A stretch of 64,000 bases of DNA, from positions 722,893 to 786,892 of the forward strand of contig SCUL01000002.1 in assembly GCA_004297205.1 (NCBI GenBank). The letters are read 5' to 3'. Each line of letters begins with the position of its first letter. Positions within the stretch are counted from its first letter, which is position 1. The notes beneath the pieces are model-generated. The model worked only from the letters and a program-made list of their open reading frames with translations, made no database searches and had not been told where the DNA came from. Source of the DNA: Patescibacteria group bacterium. GTDB lineage: Bacteria; Patescibacteriota; Patescibacteriia; 2-12-FULL-57-11. The position numbers and the translations under genes were made by a program. Positions 33,601 through 38,551 of the stretch are shown here, in pieces.

Positions 33601-33728
33601 CGCTCAGTGAAGGTCGCAATGAGTGCTTGATCTCAGCCACACCCGCAGCGGTTGAGGCCCTCCGAATCCGTGGCATCGACCCATTCACACCGTTCGCCGG
33701 AGAAGTCGTGGTCTTCCCGCGCGAGTAG
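24612..33728 (+). CDS. Giant (3038 aa) secreted Cys-rich surface protein
   Basis: Signal peptide ending AHA; dense Cys modules; CBM-like modules (NLVRNPSFE, WDFESGD); C-terminal PKD-like ITVDWGDG. Confidence 0.9.
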   Translation: MKARARKTSAAVLLSLTLFVGGLGIAAPRPAHAQLAVIDPVTGANTTIRNFEDFLDKVLLGGVTMGFINALNYFAQKIAYDAAVFISAGGKGEGPLFQYKDFGSYLGDVALGAAGEAIGTFSEIGFLGFNLCEPAGPDAPRISLALQLGIASQYEAPEPRCEWSRISESWDQFTTSFETGEVLRNIQLSVGPGQTGLHGLFQAPLKVAEKVSSEKLTGELEREEGQGFKSLTDVVTGRQKTPAAVVRETALEQTARSPGQQQQSTASVIGPVLSQGVLQVLSVALGTFVNTLASQLLNRAFEEGSFDVTGFDLACAFRDAVPGSADALSGLNCPPDPSDPEAVTRGGKAAARAAYSSLLAPRVQEVNSFDAVAEFTVCPDSFRGPQNCAMDPGFAAGVRVALQGEAITIRDALQQGYLHADWPLVPPTGDGASRNADPFCFNNGYCYSNLVKLRKARIIPIGFELAAEKALPDTTLGKVVDAFDDCSGVDGQFCKLIDPDWLLKYPLTQCRAKVFGPTLLAGDSDIRGETCVDAPTCIAENADGTCGAGFGYCTREKNIWRLGGDACPAQYASCQAYAGPEGRNLSVLKNAVDKAICSFENAGCNWYATEQDPADGPGDWTYQQGRLFLDRDGGTCEEEHAGCSEFVVRAGLQANLVRNPSFELNNQTATRPDFWEGVPTSYVRDIAAADGTAAVSSLTDVAQSIGVDQGEAYALSATARRATGAAGGRALVRLTVTDAAGTALGFAAGDSTCAISGPGGTVLTLTVTADTDGAFSRDACAFTVPFGGQVVRLTARTEGGALADAIQLEYGATATTFRGNTYQGEQRTYLKQPPSWLGCTGELSDPPECDQYAGVCRPDEVGCDAYTPATGGLSVPGIVSQENRCDAACAGYATYKEEASPLSYARYPVHLIPTRGQTCSLAAAGCTEFTNLDAAAAGGEAREYYATLRTCEKPRPGEVVPVYYTWEGSDTTGFQLKEWQLKAEVAAAPGGGRPPALIRGTDPAGCTRAIYLAGSNPDCREFFDVAGNISYRLYSKTIVISPDCRPLRMTALPVDESATAVTCGLLGGRFVDGSCSICEGLGGTWNDPSGTDLGCTFNAFAPESRSCTAAESGCRLYTGNAGGNVRREGFWDFESGDREGWGPSDATTAVSTESTAVGGHSIRVNAGGTLSRPAPAAAANNTYYLTFWGKGRGAITARFSGAPADRSFTTGGITLGATWNRYSLGPVVVDWTPAADETLVLTGFSDVSFVDRIELTRVASNIGLVKDSWTIPAICDQNASGAFLPQAQLGCTQYRAARSGNTEYLTGFSSLCREKAVGCTAYVATQQSPSPGRESWNALCVLPTAAAAPTPCSIDGREVCTVGVNRRSCRYQADDLPSPVTFDMSAAGVCQVDGIVIVDGTGTPVRRGTPGECTGQPQDLVVVPADKSVYLVDDENNRCEPEFAGCALVGRSDGRTCTLASACTPAAGRDTCDCLQGGELLCRVKAGETACRAPLPFREPFASTTQISYAETTVLNDPKRYDQSLCSIEAVGCQEWTEIGPTTGKAYFKDPETRTCEYREDVPDGSGRSLDGWYRTGTDIACDSTLLVSGETFGIWKNGDEQYQGFVGQCPASFSTCSEFLDPADRDTRAPLGRPYYFLKNQKIDTASCRGQVNPLNGCVLFNDTTDPNVTANTLVTNSVSAERGNASVAPATCPGPGCSQCMYRRYVGRVGSEFDELFERTDGQVCGTVSDCTGARDDEEATCVTGTGGNADCPAGAACAAYFVNDPRVHFIDAFGSEHPTVDSFLGTLGVRGNDANVVLNVSRDRVCGEWLACQSSTPVWDPTRNRFIEICDAIGRCNEYQKNGDSTVCVSWVNREPEILTEDTYTQRNVSYAGQDYSGYSIPHLFDVESLRQVPVGRFCTGDTSRSCSSNTDCESPAAGICNPTPEFRLSRVIGSCPVTAEEGSTCTNPDFPERGQGRCWQGTCAQAPNGSPVETETLRRDEPQPLQAFGEAQNAESPACRAYPERSSPFPNAVVKEWNPAESSATARAVPASTQPGFNRAATCEKGQDCECTYRKIEYRGGQNKLYTSLDDVGVLARVQGLCSSGPRDKQPCDPLAAAAAPMGCGQGGTCQTIERNNIVQGLNGYCLERDLGFAINGRQEHSFADPARACITWLPVDRLSGAVDVYNNYPNAGFNIENAAFCAVPEAYKRVRPFSRGIDTGDATVTIDGEGYPFGWGCFESTNSPVQGTSYPFRRASGGSPQINIANSGGGNIPEYACPTEEGFTVMSMNEHTDAGPFGCSGADWASDDDYQFLCVPRNSRHMADPLQRPCLPPTGGVRLERYNLDAGRNMTEAEIRSLNGGYAEVWGIRGWLNSADNNLPRPDGITQTDGTDPVHTDSAMFHYADCVATDTVVPDGPGSPGTPFLGCEAAVRVATSGRPGENKVMTGRIGNGRVVPPGSPFTVATDVASLQYTWAAEPEPFGRVISTDVDLHTASSPDFTPVEINTCVNGGADGYFLSNASNACETGSPVTNIHSETRSYAEINASRSGAGTSCTPGRSGDLDCSERAVAGSLTCSKVSGSNLGCFVGCNDADRDDAFCADGSADGNGTGQNLGRCDRIVGGSTFCTNSLAGDWVDNEGACESDANRQIVGTCRNAGPKDGSQCTDQYDCTHLRCESLGPESGGGGYCTGGGGGAAICDISNHYCRSYASDGGTVPTLSRVTDRLKQLFARVYGALLYSPQNVQAVCDAATRRCNNNPLRTCTPGIAGDEECKLPDYTPVRAGQTLAGANVDAAGDLQYNTGDLVYDISNTIGAPPVVRSVGDCNTQNQCLEGPEGQVSVNGVDDGQVKGGNGNKNITLRFFAYAQNDQMPLRNITVDWGDGTNPSGNNPGSSYKNRRGYEYQRVPRPDGTEALELTSLCDGDTFGTSPDACDAIAPLAFNHAYICNRDATARCFDGTNDCVEIVDGRPACVYKPRVQALDNWGFCNGTCAGGAPTTDSNFCYDGSTNPSLALSEGRNECLISATPAAVEALRIRGIDPFTPFAGEVVVFPRE

Positions 33729-33739
33729 TTGAGGGACTG

Positions 33740-33770
33740 CAAAACACCCCCGCTTAGCGGGGGTGTTTTG
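33740..33770. terminator. Terminator after the giant protein gene
   Basis: CAAAACACCCCCGC-TTA-GCGGGGGTGTTTTG. Confidence 0.85.
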
Positions 33771-33771
33771 A

Positions 33772-33841
33772 ATAAAAAAAGAGCTAGTCGGTCTTCCAGC
33801 GGCTGTGGGCGAACCCACCTGCCGCTTTCAGACCTTCCAGC
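33772..33841 (-). repeat. Structured 3' element, copy A
   Basis: Aligns with 34910-34975; long imperfect hairpin ending in TCTTTTTTTAT on the - strand. Confidence 0.75.
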
Positions 33842-33865
33842 ATGCGACGCCGTCTTTCGGCAGCG

Positions 33866-34687
33866 TCAGCGCGTACACCGTTCGGTGTAGGAACCACCGG
33901 GTCCGGTGAACGTGTACTCGAGGCTCTGGCCGTCGGCGCTGATCGTGCCGGAGATCATGCCGTCCGAAGACGACAGTCGATTTCCGTTCACGGCCAGATC
34001 TTCGACGATGTCGAGACCCTGAGCGGCCACGATGTTTCGGAACGTCGCGTCCATCACGACGACTCGGAATCCGCCGATCTCACAGCTCCAGGAGCCGCCG
34101 ATGTCGCGACCGACCGAGATCATGACCGCGGAGGTTTCCCCCCGAACGATCGTGACCTCGTCCCAGCTCGCCACGTGGCCGGGGACGGCCTGCACCTCGA
34201 TGCGGTGCATGCCCTCGGGGAGCATGACCGCCATGGGCATGGTGTCCATGGTGCCGCGCTCCGTGCCATCGACGACGAGCGTGCCGCCGCCGACGTCCGC
34301 GGAGACGTCGAGCGTCCCCATCGCCGAGGCCGTCGGCACGAGCGCCACGTCGTGGGACACGGCCGAACCGGACCGGAGGAGAACGTCCTCCATGTACGGC
34401 TCGTAGCCGTCGAGGGTGGCCTCGACCGTGACGGTGCCGAACGGGCCGCGCCAGTTCAGCGTCTCTCCGGGGAGCGTCGGCGTCGCGCCGAGCGCCATCC
34501 CGTCGACACGGACCGCCACGCCGCCGGGCATGCTCGTGAGCCGAAGCTCGCTGCAGCCCTCCCGGATGCCGTCCGGACCGAGCGTCTCGCAGTCCGCGGG
34601 CGGCGGCGTCATGTTGCCACCGTCGCCGCCGCAGGCCGAGACCAGGAACGCCGCCCCGAGGGCGGCCATCATCAGATGATTCCGCAT
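33866..34687 (-). CDS. PEGA-domain lipoprotein
   Basis: Lipobox LVSAC; two PEGA-like repeats (LTSMPGGVAVRVDG...GATP; LVVDGTERG...LPEGMHRIEV); GGAGG SD. Confidence 0.8.
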   Translation of the reverse strand: MRNHLMMAALGAAFLVSACGGDGGNMTPPPADCETLGPDGIREGCSELRLTSMPGGVAVRVDGMALGATPTLPGETLNWRGPFGTVTVEATLDGYEPYMEDVLLRSGSAVSHDVALVPTASAMGTLDVSADVGGGTLVVDGTERGTMDTMPMAVMLPEGMHRIEVQAVPGHVASWDEVTIVRGETSAVMISVGRDIGGSWSCEIGGFRVVVMDATFRNIVAAQGLDIVEDLAVNGNRLSSSDGMISGTISADGQSLEYTFTGPGGSYTERCTR

Positions 34688-34909
34688 CGTTTCCTCCCGA
34701 GGCGTGTGCCTCTCTGTTGCGTCTTCGGTAGGTTCCCAGGAGCGGGAACCCTGTCGATGACCTACCCCAGGAATACCTAGAAATTGCTCTTTTGTCAAGT
34801 AAGCGTGTAAAGAATGTCTATACAGTGGAGGATTATATTCGCGGGAAAGGTCCTTTTTTCCGGCGCGAAAAGAGAAAAGACGTCCGCTCGATGGCGGACA
34901 TCATTCAGC

Positions 34910-34975
34910 ATAAAAAAAGACCGGCCGATCTTCGAGCGACGCGCGGGCGGACCCACGGACGCTTGAAGACCGGCC
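34910..34975 (-). repeat. Structured 3' element, copy B
   Basis: Aligns with 33772-33841. Confidence 0.75.
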
Positions 34976-34991
34976 GATTGTTCCAGATCGG

Positions 34992-36713
34992 TCAGTGGCA
35001 GTACTGCACCCCGGGCCAGCTCGTCAACCGCCCGGTGCATGCCTCGCCGGCTTCCGGACAGAAGCCATCGCACACCCACCGGCAGGTAGAGGTGGTCGCT
35101 CCGGCGTCGCGTACGCAGATCATGCTGTGGTCGCAGCTACCGCTGCTGCCACCGCAGGTTTCCCCGTGGAGGCGGCTTCCGGCGGGATGGCAGCCGGTGT
35201 AGTGCTCATCCGTCTCCAGGTTTGTCGCGAGCGTGCAGGTGTCGGCAGGATCCGGGCAGTCTTGCGCGTAGATGTCGCAACGCTCTGCCAGCGGACGACA
35301 GGCGCGCACGCAGGCGTCTCCGATGGAGCCGCTGCAGGCATCGCCGACCGCGCAGAAGCCGATCGATCCTTGCGGGCACAGCCGATGACAGCGGTATCCC
35401 ACGCCGTCGCTGAAGTCGAGACACTGCGTTCCGGCTTCGCAGTTGGCGACGGTCGAGCAGGCCCCGCCCTCCCGGACGGGCATTGCGGAGACAGGTCCGC
35501 ACGCGGTTCCCCCAGGCTCGGGCCGGCAAGCCCTCCCAGGTCCGCAGGACGTCGATTCGAACGGATCGCAGGCACCCGTCGCCATGCAGGGCATGGAAAC
35601 CGGACCGGCACCGACGCACATGCTGCCCATGCGGACGAACGCCGGGTCGCAGACAATGTCACATGCTCCCGCCGCGCAGGCCGCTCGACCATGATCAGGC
35701 GTCGGGCATACAGCGCACGAGTCGCCGCACGCCGTCGGATCGTCATCCGCGTAGCAGGCGTCCCCGCACAGGTGCCGGCCCGCGCCGCAGTCGCGTACGC
35801 AGAGACCGCCCTCGGCGATGAATCCGGCGTCGCAGACGATGCCACACGTGCCCGCGTCGCAGACCGCCACACCGTGGTCCGGCGTGGCGCACGACGCGCA
35901 GCTGGTGCCGCAATGCATCACGTCGTCGGTGACGCAGCCGTATCGGTCGCAGTACTGGCTGCCACCCGCACACTCACAGGTTCCTGCGACGCATGTGCCG
36001 AGGTCGCCGCAGTCGTTGCCGCAGCGGCCGCAGTTGGCGTTGTCGGTCATGAGCGTCGAGGGATCCGCGCAGGAGTCGCAGGCGATCTCGCCGGGCGCGC
36101 AGCCCGCGCGGCAACCCCCGAGCGTGGCCGACTCGATCGCACAGGCATTGTGATCGCACGGGTGGTTGGCTTCGCACGCGAAGTACGTGCCGACCTGCAT
36201 CACGCAACGAGTCAAGTCGCCATTGTAGTAGGCGGCGATGCAATTGCAGTCCCGGCGGCCTTCCGGCCCGTGCCCGTAGCCGCAACCTGCGGCGTTCGCG
36301 GCGCGGCAGGCCACGAAGCAGGGGTTCGTACTTCGCTCGAAGATGCATGCGGCGAGCGCGTCCTCTTCCGTCGAACAGCCCCCGCAGGTCCCGTCGAACC
36401 CGCAGGAGAAGTAGGTGTCACGCTCGGCTTCACAGCCCGCGACGAGATCGCTTTGGTAGGTGGCACAGAGCCGCCCGCAGTCGATCTCCGACCCCCCGCA
36501 GCGCATCTGCGTGTCGAGGCAGCGGGCGGTGCAGTCGTCCACCGGCCCGCCCGCATCGGAGCCGCCGTCCGGCCCGACCGGCACGTCGGCGACGGCCACA
36601 CCGGCATCGTTCGTGCGCCCGGCATCCGGCCCAGGGCCGTCCGGCACGCCAGCGTCGGTGCAGCCGGCAAGAAGCACCACCGCGAGGGCGGCCATCCAGA
36701 TCATGTGTTGCAC
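34992..36713 (-). CDS. Cys-rich repeat lipoprotein (myxobacterial style)
   Basis: Lipobox LLAGC; DAG linker; repeats such as TDNANCGRCGNDC and CPTPDHG.A.C.AG.C.IVCD; GTG start with GGAGG SD. Confidence 0.82.
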   Translation of the reverse strand: MQHMIWMAALAVVLLAGCTDAGVPDGPGPDAGRTNDAGVAVADVPVGPDGGSDAGGPVDDCTARCLDTQMRCGGSEIDCGRLCATYQSDLVAGCEAERDTYFSCGFDGTCGGCSTEEDALAACIFERSTNPCFVACRAANAAGCGYGHGPEGRRDCNCIAAYYNGDLTRCVMQVGTYFACEANHPCDHNACAIESATLGGCRAGCAPGEIACDSCADPSTLMTDNANCGRCGNDCGDLGTCVAGTCECAGGSQYCDRYGCVTDDVMHCGTSCASCATPDHGVAVCDAGTCGIVCDAGFIAEGGLCVRDCGAGRHLCGDACYADDDPTACGDSCAVCPTPDHGRAACAAGACDIVCDPAFVRMGSMCVGAGPVSMPCMATGACDPFESTSCGPGRACRPEPGGTACGPVSAMPVREGGACSTVANCEAGTQCLDFSDGVGYRCHRLCPQGSIGFCAVGDACSGSIGDACVRACRPLAERCDIYAQDCPDPADTCTLATNLETDEHYTGCHPAGSRLHGETCGGSSGSCDHSMICVRDAGATTSTCRWVCDGFCPEAGEACTGRLTSWPGVQYCH

Positions 36714-36832
36714 GTTTCTCTCCTCCGAGGCACGTATGCCTCACTTTTTCGGTACCCCGCCGATGGCGGAGCGGTTAATGTCTCTATGTGAGGGGTATCG
36801 TAAAAACAAAGAAAAGTCAAGCACACGGACTC

Positions 36833-37288
36833 CTATGACCCGCGGATCTTTTTCGCCAATTCCGCCAACGCCGCGTCGTCTGCGCGTTTGAAATCGTGCG
36901 AGGAGATGTATCCCTCGTACTGTTCAAAGAATTTTTGGATGTTCGATTTGACCGGCCGCCATTCCGGCAGCTTCGTCCCGTGCATCGGGAACAGCTTGAT
37001 ATGGGCGTGGTCGACGCCGAAGCCCTCGGCGATCATGCCGGTGCGGCCGACGTCCTCGAGCCGGGCGTCGATCAGTTTCCCAACCGTCCGCGCTGCCAGA
37101 ACGAGCGGGACCAGGACGTCATCGGGCAGATCGAAGACGTAGCTGGGCTGATGCGTCTTGGTGATGACCACGCTGAAGCCGGGCGTGTTCGGGAAAATCG
37201 ACAAGAAGGCGAGATGCCGCTCGTCTTCCCAGATGCGGTGTGCCGGTGCGTCGCCCGCGGCGATGGCACAGAAGATGCAGGAGGTCAT
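36833..37288 (-). CDS. HIT family protein
   Basis: CIFCAI, IWEDERHLAFLSIFPNTPG, VDHAHIKL. Confidence 0.92.
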   Translation of the reverse strand: MTSCIFCAIAAGDAPAHRIWEDERHLAFLSIFPNTPGFSVVITKTHQPSYVFDLPDDVLVPLVLAARTVGKLIDARLEDVGRTGMIAEGFGVDHAHIKLFPMHGTKLPEWRPVKSNIQKFFEQYEGYISSHDFKRADDAALAELAKKIRGS

Positions 37289-37331
37289 GGGGATAACTTT
37301 TTGAAGTGAAGACTCTTTTTCTTGTGGATAA
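37288..37331. promoter_or_regulatory. Two DnaA-box-like 9-mers
   Basis: TGTGGATAA at 37323-37331 (perfect); TGGGGATAA at 37288-37296 (one mismatch). Confidence 0.45.
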
Positions 37332-37429
37332 AATAGCACGAAAATGCACACAGGATGTAAACGGTTTCTCGTCTCCGAACGAAAAGTAGGAGTCTTCGTG
37401 TTCACTCATCGTGTACAAACCGCCCTCCA

Positions 37430-37457
37430 TTGACGCTGCATGACGGCACCGTACGCT
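37430..37457 (+). promoter_or_regulatory. Sigma70-like promoter upstream of the structured RNA
   Basis: TTGACG-N16-TACGCT. Confidence 0.5.
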
Positions 37458-37464
37458 GGATACA

Positions 37465-37820
37465 GAAGCAGGAGCGGCGCGCTCGGGTGACAGGTGCGAC
37501 CATCCGAGACCCGCGGCCGGGGAGACCGTCGCTTGCGACGGATAACGAACCGCCCGCGACGCGCCGCTGCCTGTTCGGACGATTCGGACGCGATGCTGTT
37601 CTCCGCGAGCGCTGCTGCCTCGCTCCGCACGTGCGCCTCCACCGCGCTTGCGCCCATGGATGGGCGCCGCGGCCGGCAACCACGGCGGTCGGCGGGACCG
37701 CGCTCGGGCCTTCGGCACGGACCGGCGGCAGTCCTGGGGTGTTTCGCCTGATCTTCTCCCAGTATTGCCGTCGGAGCATTGCGGGATCTTGTCCGATGGC
37801 GACGTCCGTGGTACGTCGAG
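37465..37820 (+). ncRNA. Candidate large structured ncRNA, family unknown
   Basis: Many nested helices; mismatches read as G-U pairs on the + strand; no credible ORF. Confidence 0.55.
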
Positions 37821-37844
37821 GAGGAATCTTTTCACTGTATGGAT

Positions 37845-38462
37845 ATGCGCAAACACTTCGGAATCGCTTTGGTCGGATTGATGCTGCTCGGCGCCGGCTG
37901 TGCCGCGTCTCAAATTTCTCCTCAAGGGATTGGCAATACGAATGTGCCGCCAGTCGTCGACGAAACAGCGGCTGGTCCTGGGTTGAATGAAATCATTTCG
38001 TGGAAACAGGCCAAGCTGGGCTTTCTCATCCGGCTCCCGGAAACGTGGCGTGTTAGCGAAGTAGATGCTGGTGGAGTGAGTTTGATCCGTATCATTGCTC
38101 CGGAAGGTTCGGAAAAGAACCCTGCTGCGGAGATCTTCGTTCAATTGTCGAAAGACATGGAAGGGAATGCCGTGAGCTCTTTTGAGCAGTGGATCGGTAA
38201 TGGAGGGCGCGTCAATGAACGGCTCATTTCGAAGTCCGTGGCTGGCGGTTCGATCGTCGTCGATGGAGTGACGCTGCAGAAGAGGATCGAAGACGATTCA
38301 ACGATTGCCTATTACGCTCAGCTTGAAACAAACAATGGGGTGTATTTCCGTTGCGCTTACGCTTCGAAGCATCCCCTCAAGAGCGATCTCGAAAGCATCA
38401 TCCGCCAGATGCGCTTCTCTCTTTCCGCAGATGAGTTTGGGCGGGCGCGAGTAATTCCGTAA
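37845..38462 (+). CDS. Hypothetical lipoprotein-like protein (PsbP-like body possible), lower GC
   Basis: LMLLGAGC signal; LGFLIRLPETW; visibly more A/T-ending codons than neighbours. Confidence 0.7.
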   Translation: MRKHFGIALVGLMLLGAGCAASQISPQGIGNTNVPPVVDETAAGPGLNEIISWKQAKLGFLIRLPETWRVSEVDAGGVSLIRIIAPEGSEKNPAAEIFVQLSKDMEGNAVSSFEQWIGNGGRVNERLISKSVAGGSIVVDGVTLQKRIEDDSTIAYYAQLETNNGVYFRCAYASKHPLKSDLESIIRQMRFSLSADEFGRARVIP

Positions 38463-38551
38463 CGTCGGGAACCCAACTATCCCCGGAAGTACTACTGGGG
38501 ATACAGGATTCCAAGACGACAGATCATTGAAAATCTGCAAGGAGTGAGGTC

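Noticed and set aside
33772-34975. 3' elements as integron attC sites
   Set aside because: No RYYYAAC/GTTRRRY core sites and no integron integrase in the window
37465-37820. RNase P RNA, tmRNA, SRP RNA or 5S rRNA identity, or a protein-coding ORF
   Set aside because: No GAAAGTCC P4 motif, no tRNA-like CCA end or tag, no SRP domain IV loop; the overlapping ORFs are Arg/Pro-rich noise
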